In this document: positions 18,490 to 27,427 of the stretch, in pieces
Position numbering within the stretch: position 1 is the stretch's first letter
Layout of the letters: every line of letters begins with the position of its first letter
Origin: a virus
Length of the DNA stretch: 64,000 nucleotides
Virus record (IMG/VR): IMGVR_UViG_3300028800_000012
Location: 1 to 64,000 of that record
Strand: one strand, 5' to 3'
The notes under the pieces: generated by a model
What the model was told of the DNA's origin: nothing
The model's input: only the letters and a program-made list of their open reading frames with translations
Database searches by the model: none
Translations under genes and position numbers: made by a program

Positions 18490-19167
18490 ATGCAGAATCA
18501 GCGAAATCCCGGGGAAATCGTTAGGGATCGGCGCAAGGAATTGGGCTGGTCACAGACGCAACTCGCCAAAAAAGTCGGCTCGAACCAGCAGACGATCGGC
18601 AAAATTGAAAAAGGGCAGACGAAAAAATCTCCTCTTCTGCCGTTGATTGCCGTGGTTCTTGGAATCCCGATCGAGCGATTGGTTCCCGGAGTCAATGCGC
18701 TTGACCCAAATCAGGTGGCGCGAGAACTGCCGCGTTATGTTTTGGACAGCACACAGGTCCGCGAAACAGTTGCTGGTCGGCGTGACTTGCCGTTACACTC
18801 GATGGTGGAAGCTGGAAGTGGTGCGTTGGTAATGTCCTCCGATCCTGTTGATAGGATCGATCGACCCGACGTTTTGACATTCGTCAAAGACGCTTATGCC
18901 GTTATTGTCGTCGGCGACAGCATGTTCCCCGTTCTCAAGGCCGGCTACCGGGTGAAGGTTCACCCGCACACGGTTCCCCGTCCCGAGGACATCTGCCTGT
19001 TTATCCGCGATGAGAACGGCGAGTTCCACGCCACCATAAAGGAATATATCGGCCAAACTAAGGACGCCTGGAAGGTTCGCCGGTATCACCCCAAGGAAGA
19101 AACCATCCTGCTCAAAAAGCGCGAGTGGCCGCGCTGCGATGTGGTGGTCGGCGTCGATTACCGATGA
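18490..19167 (+). CDS. S24/LexA-like CI-type repressor
   Basis: HTH ELGWSQTQLAKKVGSNQQTIGKIEKGQ; C-term DAYAVIVVGDSMFPVLKAGYRVKVHP. Confidence 0.9.
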   Translation: MQNQRNPGEIVRDRRKELGWSQTQLAKKVGSNQQTIGKIEKGQTKKSPLLPLIAVVLGIPIERLVPGVNALDPNQVARELPRYVLDSTQVRETVAGRRDLPLHSMVEAGSGALVMSSDPVDRIDRPDVLTFVKDAYAVIVVGDSMFPVLKAGYRVKVHPHTVPRPEDICLFIRDENGEFHATIKEYIGQTKDAWKVRRYHPKEETILLKKREWPRCDVVVGVDYR

Positions 19168-19577
19168 TCCCGTCCATTTCGCCATTAGAGCGGCATACGT
19201 TCGTTTTTTGTTCTAATCGGCTACCCCGCATAAGCTCAGCCGCTTTTATCGCATGGGCGGCGTTCTGTGGCGTTTCCAGCGCCCGCCCCGCCGAAGTCCA
19301 GACCGTCGACGGCGGCGTGGTCTGCCTGCGGCCGTTCGAATTGCGCGAAGGCATCGTCGCCGCCAACCGGAACGACCAAGCCTGGCTGCGTGAGCTGGGC
19401 TGTGTGAGGCTATCCGGCGGCATCCGCGCTGTCCTGATCGATCCGAACGCGGCCCCGGCGGCGCCGTGGCAGGTCCGCCTCTACCCGCCCGGCAAGCCGG
19501 ACGGGATCACCGGCTGGGGCTATGCGCCGAGTTTCCAGACCAGGGACGGCAAGCCGTTCTGGCCAGTCGGCCGGTAG
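19164..19577 (+). CDS. Hypothetical exported protein
   Basis: ATGA overlap with repressor stop; signal-like N-terminus. Confidence 0.55.
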   Translation: MIPSISPLERHTFVFCSNRLPRISSAAFIAWAAFCGVSSARPAEVQTVDGGVVCLRPFELREGIVAANRNDQAWLRELGCVRLSGGIRAVLIDPNAAPAAPWQVRLYPPGKPDGITGWGYAPSFQTRDGKPFWPVGR

Positions 19578-19639
19578 CGGCGGAACTTTTCCCGGCCGCG
19601 CGCGAATTTTTTCGCTGGACAGCCTACTGTAATTACAAC

Positions 19640-19657
19640 CTCTCCCCGTGGGGAGAG
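19640..19657. repeat. Perfect palindrome CTCTCCCC-GT-GGGGAGAG
   Basis: 8-bp arms in noncoding region. Confidence 0.7.
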
Positions 19658-19753
19658 TCTAAGATATTGGAGAGACTATCCTATCTACAGTCTCTCAGTA
19701 TGGATAGACCTTACCATATGGAGAGTCAGTAAGCTTTACCTTATGGAGAGTCA
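19652..19753. repeat. Cluster of GGAGAGTC/GGAGAGAC motifs including TTACCWTATGGAGAGTCAG x2
   Basis: Read directly: ttaccatatggagagtcag and ttaccttatggagagtcag, plus further copies upstream. Confidence 0.65.
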
Positions 19754-20076
19754 GATATCTTATACAACCTCTGTGCCGCGTTGCTGCGCACGCAAATACA
19801 CGGCACTCTAACCAATTCCACGCACTTTTTAACGACACTCTGTTCACGTTTTGTTACATAGCGTTTCAGTGCCGTATCACAGAGACATTAGATCACAAAA
19901 TATTACAATCCATTACATTTAGGCCGTGTTCCTTGGTCTATTCAGCAGGCATTGCCATACGGCACGTCCTCTCCAAAACCGCTATTCAGAAAGGGTTTTT
20001 TGCCGGCGGCGCGGCTGGGCGGGATGCCGCCGTCAACAAAAATCAGGGTCAACCTTAACCGACACACTTTTTGGTG

Positions 20077-20105
20077 TTGACCAATAACACCGTTCCGTGT
20101 ATATC
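20077..20105 (+). promoter_or_regulatory. Putative early rightward promoter with overlapping operator copy 2
   Basis: TTGACC-17 nt-TATATC; operator TAACACCGTTCCGTGTATAT at 20085-20104. Confidence 0.65.
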
Positions 20106-20132
20106 TGGCGTTGTCAATCGGAGACGACGCGA

Positions 20133-20495
20133 ATGACGGGGGTCTTGACCTTTCGTTTCGAGGAACTGCCGTTGGTCGACGAGGGCGGCTTCGAGGCCGG
20201 CTTTGTCGATGGAGAAGCGGAGATATCCTTCTACCCCGAAGGGGAATGGTTCATCCGCTCTATCTCGGTTGAAGCATTGGACTTCAAGTCGGCGGTCATT
20301 CCGAAGCCGACCCGCATGGTCGAGATCGACCGCAACACCGAACTCTACCTGAACATCTTCGACAACTTGGAGCGGGGCCGCTTCCGCGACGCCATCGAAA
20401 GCGATGTGCAGACGGCGCTCGCATCGGCAGCGGAAGACGAGGCCGCTGGTCGCGGCGATGCCGGCCACAAGCGGCACAAGGCGGAGGCGATGTGA
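20133..20495 (+). CDS. Hypothetical early protein
   Basis: First ORF after putative early promoter. Confidence 0.7.
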   Translation: MTGVLTFRFEELPLVDEGGFEAGFVDGEAEISFYPEGEWFIRSISVEALDFKSAVIPKPTRMVEIDRNTELYLNIFDNLERGRFRDAIESDVQTALASAAEDEAAGRGDAGHKRHKAEAM

Positions 20496-20728
20496 TGGCG
20501 TTGTCACCGAAAACCGAAGCCGCGCTGGACGACCTTGAGTCCAACAGCCGCGAACTCGGCTTTGTGCGCGGCCTCGCGACGGCCGCCGAACTCGTCGCCG
20601 CTGCCGGCCAGATCGGACTGTCGATGCAGATCGCGATCCTGACCATGCGCCCGGAACTGGCGCACCTCGACGCGGAGTCCAGAAAGATTGCGACGCGGCT
20701 CGCAAAACAGAGCGGAGCCGCCGCATGA
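20492..20728 (+). CDS. Hypothetical early protein
   Basis: ATGA overlap with upstream gene. Confidence 0.65.
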   Translation: MMALSPKTEAALDDLESNSRELGFVRGLATAAELVAAAGQIGLSMQIAILTMRPELAHLDAESRKIATRLAKQSGAAA

Positions 20729-20735
20729 AACGTCG

Positions 20736-21918
20736 CATGCTTATCCGGTTAACGCACACAAACGCTGAGGCATACTAGATGTTGATGCCAGAAACTCTTG
20801 ATCTTTTCAGCGGAGCTGTCGGCGGATGGTCGCTCGGAATGCACCGCGCCGGATTTCGCACCGTCGCGGCCTGCGAAGCCGACCCATGGAGACGCGCCGT
20901 CTATGCCCACAACAATCCGGGAATCCCGATCTACGACGATGTCAGAACCGTCACGGCAGATCGACTTCGGATCGATCTTGGAGAGCTTCCGCCCGTCATC
21001 GTCGGAAGCCCTCCCTGTCAGGACGCCAGCAGCGCCAACACAAAGGGGCGCGGCGTCGATGGCGAGCGCACGGGCCTCTTCTTCGAAGCAATCCGCATCG
21101 TCCGAGAATGCCGACCTCGCTGGGCGGCTTTTGAGAACAGCCCTATGCTCCGAACTCGGGGCTATGACCGGCTCTACGATGCGTTTCAGCAAGCGGGATA
21201 CGCCTGCTGGCCGCTCGTGGTGGGTGCTGACGACCTCGAAGCCCCGCACAAACGAAAGCGCGTCTGGATCATCGCTTTCAACGCCGAAGGCGTCCGACCC
21301 TTATGCTGGCGGTCATGGCGACACCGGCTGGAAGGGATCGCTGGCGCATCAGCTTCGCGGCACGATCCTGACGCCGACATCGATCCAGGGCGAGTTTGGG
21401 CACCGCCTTCGAACGCTGACCGAGACGGCGTTGCCGGACAACGCGCGGCCGAAGCGCCCGAGGAATCTGGACATAGGCAAACTGCCAACGCCGACAGCAC
21501 GGGATCATCGCTCGGGGAAAGCCTCGGAGGCCACGCGCGCGCGCAATTCGAGGCCCTTGAGCGAGCAGTTGGACCAGCGGTCCATGCTTGGAACGGCGGC
21601 GTTGCTCGGCATCTCGGAATGGCTCATGGGCTTGCCGCCCGGCTGGCTGACATCCGCGTGCCTGACCACAAATATCCCGGAGCCACCATCAACGCCGCGA
21701 AGGCGTGCATCTCCGCGCACGGCGACGCCATCCTCCCGCAAATCGCGGAAGCCATCGGACGAAGCATCCTGAGAACCGAAGCGGCGCTGGCCGCCGTTTC
21801 AGGACATTGAACTAAAATGACGCATTCCATCGGGAAACCACATACGAACGTCGTCGATCGAGAGGATTTTACGATGACCACAACATCTAGGGCTGTGTGT
21901 GGCAACCGGATAAGCATG
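20736..21918. mobile_element. Non-autonomous IS1595-like element carrying a C5 DNA methyltransferase (element 1)
   Basis: TIR CATGCTTATCCGGTT at 20736-20750, inverted at 21904-21918; flanks AAACGTCG (20728-20735) and AAACGTCT (21919-21926). Confidence 0.82.
20779..21810 (+). CDS. C5 cytosine DNA methyltransferase
   Basis: LDLFSGAVGGWSLG, VGSPPCQDAS, ENSP, C-term GDAILPQIAEAIGR. Confidence 0.85.
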   Translation: MLMPETLDLFSGAVGGWSLGMHRAGFRTVAACEADPWRRAVYAHNNPGIPIYDDVRTVTADRLRIDLGELPPVIVGSPPCQDASSANTKGRGVDGERTGLFFEAIRIVRECRPRWAAFENSPMLRTRGYDRLYDAFQQAGYACWPLVVGADDLEAPHKRKRVWIIAFNAEGVRPLCWRSWRHRLEGIAGASASRHDPDADIDPGRVWAPPSNADRDGVAGQRAAEAPEESGHRQTANADSTGSSLGESLGGHARAQFEALERAVGPAVHAWNGGVARHLGMAHGLAARLADIRVPDHKYPGATINAAKACISAHGDAILPQIAEAIGRSILRTEAALAAVSGH

Positions 21919-22052
21919 AAACGTCTCAACGACTGCGGCTTCCGCGCCTCATCGCCGCACAGTTTCGGCGCCTGTGCGCTGGTTGATTTGGCTTTGATTG
22001 CCGGCGGCATCGTCGCGATCTCAATCGTGCAATGGTTCGTGGGGGCGATGTC

Positions 22053-22280
22053 GTGAGCGGCAATCTTCAAATCCTGCCCTGCCCGTTCTGCGGCGGGCCT
22101 GCCGAAGTCGAACAGGTCGGCGTAGGCGATGAATATGTGACGTTCACGGTCGGCTGCAATGAGAGCGGCGGAACTATCGAATGCATGGGGTATCAGTCGC
22201 TTTCGACGTATCCAACGCGTAAGGCGGCCATCGCCGCGTGGAATACGCGCGCTCCGATTCAAATCGGAGCCGCCGCATGA
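22053..22280 (+). CDS. Lar-like restriction alleviation protein
   Basis: LPCPFCGGPAEVEQVG...TYPTRKAAIAAWNTRA. Confidence 0.8.
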   Translation: MSGNLQILPCPFCGGPAEVEQVGVGDEYVTFTVGCNESGGTIECMGYQSLSTYPTRKAAIAAWNTRAPIQIGAAA

Positions 22281-22501
22281 CCAAATCCATTACCATGCAG
22301 ATGGCGGCGGACGACGTTGGCCGGATTGCGGAAGCGGTCGATGCTTTAGGAAAGATGCTCGATAGGTTTCATTCCGAGCATGGGCCGATCTTATACGAGG
22401 AATTGGAGCGGGCGTGGCCTGATGCGATGAACTTTGGCGGTCCTGCAGCGCGACCGCTTTATGAACTCGAACGCAAGTGGACGCCGCCGCATGACCAATG
22501 A
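22277..22501 (+). CDS. Hypothetical protein
   Basis: Compact overlapping operon ORF. Confidence 0.55.
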   Translation: MTKSITMQMAADDVGRIAEAVDALGKMLDRFHSEHGPILYEELERAWPDAMNFGGPAARPLYELERKWTPPHDQ

Positions 22502-22706
22502 CGAAATCGCCCTACGCGGCAAGATCGCCGGTCTGGAATCGTCGGCGCGCATTTACGGCCGCGCCTATGACAGCGCACGCGCCGAATCCAAAGACCTCAC
22601 AGCAACACGAATGCTGCGCTACTTGCGCGATGCAACTGATGCCGAATTGGTGGCGGCGGTGGAAGAACTCGGGCGCATGACGATGACGGAGGACGTGCTG
22701 CAGTGA
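22491..22706 (+). CDS. Hypothetical protein
   Basis: MTNDEIALRGKIAGLESSARIYGRAY..., overlaps neighbours. Confidence 0.55.
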   Translation: MTNDEIALRGKIAGLESSARIYGRAYDSARAESKDLTATRMLRYLRDATDAELVAAVEELGRMTMTEDVLQ

Positions 22707-22912
22707 CGCCGCGCCAATCCCGCATCGAATACTTACGCGGCAAACGCGCCATCTACGAGCGCCTGGGCAAGCGGAAGAAGCTTATCAAGATCGATGCGGA
22801 ACTGGAGCCGCTCGTAACGGCAGAACTTGCGGAAGAAAACTTAGCGGCGAGCATCGCCGCCGATTTGGAATGGATCGGCGGCGGATGTGATCGAATGGGA
22901 GAGGCGGCGTGA
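22703..22912 (+). CDS. Hypothetical protein
   Basis: Overlapping start/stop on both sides. Confidence 0.6.
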   Translation: MTPRQSRIEYLRGKRAIYERLGKRKKLIKIDAELEPLVTAELAEENLAASIAADLEWIGGGCDRMGEAA

Positions 22913-23829
22913 GTGAAAGGCTTGGTATCTATTTCGGGCTATCAGAAGCGGACTACTTTTCCGATCCGGCCATCAGTTCGACGGACATCCGACGACTTCT
23001 CAAATCGGCCCCGGACTACTGGTTTCTGTCACCATGGAATCCGTTGAAGCCGTCCGACGATCCGACGCCGAGCCAGTATTTCGGTCGAGCCGTGCATCGT
23101 TTTGTCCTCGAAGGCGAGGCGGCGTTTATGTCGGCATACGCGCCGACAGACTTTCCTGGGAACAGGAAGGAAGGGAAAGCGGAACGAGAGGCTATCGAAG
23201 CGGCTGGAAAGCTGCCGATCAAACGCGACGACTTCAACCGCATCGCGCAGTCGGCGCAGATGATCCGCGCGAATGAACATCTACGAGACGCCTTCCAGAA
23301 CGGGCACCACGAAGTCAGCGTCTTTTGGAAACGGGACGACGGGCTCCGGCTTAAATGCCGGATGGACTATCTCAAAATCCGCGCTGTTACGGATTTGAAG
23401 TCGACGCGCAACACGCGACAACTCGACTTTGCGCAAGCCTGCATCCGGTCCATGTGCGACTACCATTATGAAATCCAGGCGGAGCATTACCTTGAAGGCC
23501 GCCGGGCAGTGCGTGATCTGTGGCGCGACCGGCTCGTCTTTGGCGACCATGACGCCGGCTGGATGAAGAAGGTCGCCAATTCGCACGAAGCGGCCTTCGT
23601 TTTTGTCTTTTGGCAAGCCGAAGGGGCGCCGATTACGTGGTCGTGCTCGCTGTCTCCCGGCAATCCGATTTTGGAGACGGCGCGGCGCGAGATCGAGTTT
23701 GCATTTAGCCGCTATCGAGATTTTGAGAGCCGCTTCGGCCTCAATGCGCCGTGGGTACTGCTCGACCCGGTGAAGGAATTGTCGGCCGATGAATTGCCGG
23801 CGTGGGCGATGGTGAACAGGGCGGCATAG
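22909..23829 (+). CDS. PD-(D/E)XK / RecE-YqaJ-like exonuclease
   Basis: GLSEADYFSDPAISSTDIRRLLKSAPDYWF...KCRMDYLKIRAVTDLKSTR...YEIQAEHYLEG. Confidence 0.82.
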   Translation: MSERLGIYFGLSEADYFSDPAISSTDIRRLLKSAPDYWFLSPWNPLKPSDDPTPSQYFGRAVHRFVLEGEAAFMSAYAPTDFPGNRKEGKAEREAIEAAGKLPIKRDDFNRIAQSAQMIRANEHLRDAFQNGHHEVSVFWKRDDGLRLKCRMDYLKIRAVTDLKSTRNTRQLDFAQACIRSMCDYHYEIQAEHYLEGRRAVRDLWRDRLVFGDHDAGWMKKVANSHEAAFVFVFWQAEGAPITWSCSLSPGNPILETARREIEFAFSRYRDFESRFGLNAPWVLLDPVKELSADELPAWAMVNRAA

Positions 23830-23838
23830 GGACGCAAC

Positions 23839-24894
23839 ATGTCAAACGCTGAAATTCTCGATGAGGCAGAAGACGCCCCGTCTACCTCAATAGACGTGAC
23901 CGATGCGTCGCTGGCGGTCGGGCTGACCCGCGCCGAAATTGACACGCAGATCGCAACGGCGCGCAAGTTTCCGCGGCACCTCAGGGCCGTGCAAAACCGG
24001 CTGATGTCATACGTCACGCTCGACGAGGAGACGGCCGCAGAGTGTTTATACGCGCTACCCAGAGCAGGGAAGCCCATCAAGGGGCCGAGCATCCGGTTTG
24101 CCGAAGCTCTGAAAGCGTCGTTCGGCAATTGTCGCGCCGCAGCTCGTGTGGTGCATGTCGACCGCACGGAGAAAGTCGTCATCGCCCAAGGCGTGTTTCA
24201 TGACCTGGAGACGAACTCGGCGAGTTCGGCGGAAGTTCGCCGCCGCATCGTCGACAAGCGGGGCCGCATCTACAACGACGATATGATCAACGTCACTGGC
24301 AACGCCGCATGTTCGATCGCGCTGCGTAATGCGATCCTAGGCGGCGTCCCGAAGGCGTTATGGCGCGGCGCTTATGCGTCGGTGGAGAGCATCGTCACTG
24401 GCGACTTGGCTACGCTCTCTGTCACGCGCGACAAGGCCGTAAAGGCTCTCGCTGCGTTCGGCGCAACACCGGAGCAAGTCTTCGCTGCGCTTGGCGTCGG
24501 GAGCGCGGAAGAAATCGCTGCCGAGCACATCCCTATCCTGCGTGGCATGTTTGCCGCTCTTAAGAACGGTGAGGCGACGGCGGAGGAAATGTTCGCCAAG
24601 GTTACGACGGAGCCGGCGCATGCCGTTGTTGCAAATCCACTCAGCGACGCGGCGCCGGTCGAACAACTTGCATCGGAACCATCGAAAGAGGATGCCCCGG
24701 CACAGAAGAAAGACGCGCCGCCCGCCGATCTTCTCGTCGAATACGACAAGGCATTTCTAGCCTGCAAGACAGCCGAAGCGCATACAGAAGTCGTCGAACG
24801 GTTTGCGGCGCGGATAGGAGAATTGAAAGCGCCGCAGAAGAAGACTGCGGAGGCTATCGCGGCGCGTCATCTGGAGCGGGTGACGGAGGCGTAA
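23839..24894 (+). CDS. Putative recombination partner (possible single-strand annealing protein)
   Basis: Directly downstream of the exonuclease; GKPIKGPSIRFAEALKASFGNC...NVTGNAACSIALRNAILGGVP. Confidence 0.55.
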   Translation: MSNAEILDEAEDAPSTSIDVTDASLAVGLTRAEIDTQIATARKFPRHLRAVQNRLMSYVTLDEETAAECLYALPRAGKPIKGPSIRFAEALKASFGNCRAAARVVHVDRTEKVVIAQGVFHDLETNSASSAEVRRRIVDKRGRIYNDDMINVTGNAACSIALRNAILGGVPKALWRGAYASVESIVTGDLATLSVTRDKAVKALAAFGATPEQVFAALGVGSAEEIAAEHIPILRGMFAALKNGEATAEEMFAKVTTEPAHAVVANPLSDAAPVEQLASEPSKEDAPAQKKDAPPADLLVEYDKAFLACKTAEAHTEVVERFAARIGELKAPQKKTAEAIAARHLERVTEA

Positions 24895-25146
24895 ATGAAG
24901 AAATGCCAGGATTGCAAATGGTGTTCCGAACCTGGACGGTTTGCCAAATGTAATGCGCCGCAAAATAGGACTACGCGCGGCTGGGATTCTGGGGTTTCAC
25001 TCGTCGCTGACGGGCTGGTGCCGGAAGACGTGCGACGATGGGAGCATTGCGCAGTCCACCGCAATTGCGGGTGGATCGGCGCACGCATAACGAATTCGTG
25101 CGGACGTGAGGCCCGGTGGTTCGTCAATGCACAGACAGTGCCATGA
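24895..25146 (+). CDS. Cys-rich hypothetical protein
   Basis: MKKCQDCKWCSEPGRFAKCNAPQN. Confidence 0.6.
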   Translation: MKKCQDCKWCSEPGRFAKCNAPQNRTTRGWDSGVSLVADGLVPEDVRRWEHCAVHRNCGWIGARITNSCGREARWFVNAQTVP

Positions 25147-25586
25147 TCCTCGCCGCGCATATCCTAACCATCAACGGACATCCATATTCGGTCCATTGCA
25201 TCGGTGCCGAAGGATCGGAAGTCGTCTGTCAAATCGGGCCGGCACTGGTACGGCCGGATGGATGGAGAATCCCCGAAGGCTTGCCGCGCACGCATCGCCA
25301 ATGCGTGAATTGGGGATTGCCGATGCGAGAGCTATTGGCGGCAGTGCTTCGCATGTCGGAACTTGCGAACGTGTTCGTGGCCCACGACTTCGCCGAACTC
25401 GACGCCAACATGCGGACATGGGCGGCTGGCGATAAGGCTTTGGCGGCGAGGCTTGATCCGTGGACAAGGCCAGGCCCAGAGCGCGTCGATACGGCGCCGA
25501 TGATTTTGGAGGCGCAGCCGAAAGACGCCGCCGATGTGCTTGCCGCCTATTTCAAAATGCGCGAGTCTGGAGGGATGGCCGCATGA
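25143..25586 (+). CDS. Hypothetical, possible DnaQ-like fold
   Basis: ANVFVAHDFAELDANMRTWA. Confidence 0.45.
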   Translation: MILAAHILTINGHPYSVHCIGAEGSEVVCQIGPALVRPDGWRIPEGLPRTHRQCVNWGLPMRELLAAVLRMSELANVFVAHDFAELDANMRTWAAGDKALAARLDPWTRPGPERVDTAPMILEAQPKDAADVLAAYFKMRESGGMAA

Positions 25587-26005
25587 AACGTAAAAGACCG
25601 TTCATGCCTCTTGCTGTGAAGTTGGAGGCGGCGATTCTCCAATTGGGTCTTAACCCGCGTGCCGTCGAGTATCACCACGACCCGGAACTAGAAGTTCGAC
25701 CGTTCGACCCGATAACGAATCAATACTCCCCGGCAGCGAATGATGCGAAATATATTCGCGTGGTGAGTGTCGCCGAGCACGCTAACATCACTAACAAAGA
25801 CAACGGCACCGGACGATCTTCAAAAACTCTCGTGGCGCATGTGCGGCGCTCCGTTTCCGAGCATCAGCGGCATACAATTGCGATGGCGGCCAAGGTTCTT
25901 GGAACGCCAGCACCGCAAGATGATAAGCCGAGAAGAAAATGGGCGACCCGCAAGTTCAACTCGAAGGGACGAAATCCTATGCGCGGAAAGTCAGCCAAAC
26001 AATAG
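25583..26005 (+). CDS. Hypothetical protein
   Basis: ATGA-type overlap upstream; basic C-terminus. Confidence 0.6.
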   Translation: MKRKRPFMPLAVKLEAAILQLGLNPRAVEYHHDPELEVRPFDPITNQYSPAANDAKYIRVVSVAEHANITNKDNGTGRSSKTLVAHVRRSVSEHQRHTIAMAAKVLGTPAPQDDKPRRKWATRKFNSKGRNPMRGKSAKQ

Positions 26006-26035
26006 TAACAGCCACAGCATGCGATTTATGAGAAA

Positions 26036-26632
26036 ATGACCGATCCGTTCCACAATCTCCCCAAAGGCCACTTCGACGCGATCCTTGCGGACCCGCCGTG
26101 GTCGTTTGAGGTTTGGTCCGGCAAGGGAAAAGCCCGCTCAGCCGAAAACCATTACGACACCATGACCATGCGCGAGATTGCACGGCTTCCTGTCGATGAA
26201 GTGGCCGCTCCAGATTGCGCGCTGTTCATGTGGTGCTGCTGGCCGTCGATTGGTGACGCGCTACGCATCATTGACGCATGGGGTTTCACCTACAAGACGT
26301 GCGCCTTCTCTTGGATGAAGGCAGATCCATGCCGGCTCTTTGCCGACGATAAAACGCCGTTCGCCGGCATGGGCTACTGGACACGCGCCAATACCGAGCC
26401 GTGTTTGCTGGCAACGCGAGGGAAGCCCAAGCGAATAAACGCTGACGTTCGCCAGGGCATCATTGCCCCGCGCCGCGAGCACAGCCGCAAGCCTGACGAG
26501 ATTCATGAGCGCGTTGAGCGCCTAGTCAGCGGTCCTTATCTGGAGCTGTTCGCCCGCGCGCCGCGCGACAGTTGGACCGTCTGGGGAAACCAAACCGACA
26601 AGTTTTCTCCGGTGACGGAGGCGGCCGAATGA
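26036..26632 (+). CDS. MT-A70-like adenine methyltransferase
   Basis: FDAILADPPWSF...ENHYDTM...CALFMWCCWPSI...GYWTRANTEPCLLATRG...RREHSRKPDE. Confidence 0.93.
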   Translation: MTDPFHNLPKGHFDAILADPPWSFEVWSGKGKARSAENHYDTMTMREIARLPVDEVAAPDCALFMWCCWPSIGDALRIIDAWGFTYKTCAFSWMKADPCRLFADDKTPFAGMGYWTRANTEPCLLATRGKPKRINADVRQGIIAPRREHSRKPDEIHERVERLVSGPYLELFARAPRDSWTVWGNQTDKFSPVTEAAE

Positions 26633-26766
26633 GAACCTACGTCGTCAAATACATCACCGCCGACGACTGCCCGCTTTACGACCTGCTTGGGTGGAAGATC
26701 ACATTTTACGGAACGCGAAGCTGCATCGGGCCGTGCTTCATCGCATCGTTCTTATGCAGAAAGTAA
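26629..26766 (+). CDS. Hypothetical small protein
   Basis: MRTYVVKYITADDCPLYDLLGWKITFYG..., ATGA overlap. Confidence 0.45.
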   Translation: MRTYVVKYITADDCPLYDLLGWKITFYGTRSCIGPCFIASFLCRK

Positions 26767-26932
26767 GTCATCCAGCGAACAAGCCGCGTATCTAACGGAG
26801 AGAACCATGCCTATCCGGTTGCGTCCCACGCATACCTCCTGTTGTACCTATGCAATCTATCCGGTTTACTCCCACAAAGCCCCGTGCCATAAATGAGGGG
26901 TAGGGCGAGGGACGCCCGATAGGGAGAGACAG

Positions 26933-27172
26933 ATGGCCACCGATTACAGCCCCGCCGAACTTAAGCAGATCGCCCAGATCGGCGAGGACCAGCACGTCGG
27001 ACTGTTGACCGCCTGCGGCATCCACCAAGACAACGCCCGCAAGATCATCGCCATGTCGGATGACGTGCTGGCCCAGGGGATTGCGGCGGTCGAGGGGCGG
27101 CCCAACAAGACCCCGGCGCAAGAGGCCATGATTGCCGCTGGCCGCCGTGAATTGACGATCCGTCAGGCATAG
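26933..27172 (+). CDS. Passenger ORF in element 2
   Basis: 79 aa, preceded by GGGAGAG. Confidence 0.6.
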   Translation: MATDYSPAELKQIAQIGEDQHVGLLTACGIHQDNARKIIAMSDDVLAQGIAAVEGRPNKTPAQEAMIAAGRRELTIRQA

Positions 27173-27181
27173 GAGGATTGC

Positions 27182-27427
27182 ATGACCAACATCAGTAAGG
27201 CCGCCCGGATTGCCCGGATGTACGAGGCCATCCGGCATCTTGAGACCGCTATCCGGGCCTATGAGCAGGGCGACGATGACGGATCGGTCGCGATTGACCC
27301 GGCTATCACCGGATCGGAGGTTTTTGTCGCGATGTTTGAGGCCCCCAACGGGCCAGTCAGCCTCGCGGCTGCCGCTGCGGCAATCCAAGCCGCGACCATC
27401 GGCTACGAGCATGAGCGGGGCGAGTAA
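27182..27427 (+). CDS. Passenger ORF in element 2
   Basis: 81 aa; stop/start overlap TAATG with next ORF. Confidence 0.6.
   Translation: MTNISKAARIARMYEAIRHLETAIRAYEQGDDDGSVAIDPAITGSEVFVAMFEAPNGPVSLAAAAAAIQAATIGYEHERGE

Noticed and set aside
19640-19657. Rho-independent terminator after 19577
   Set aside because: Strong stem but 2-nt loop and no T-run on either side; more likely a protein-binding palindrome.
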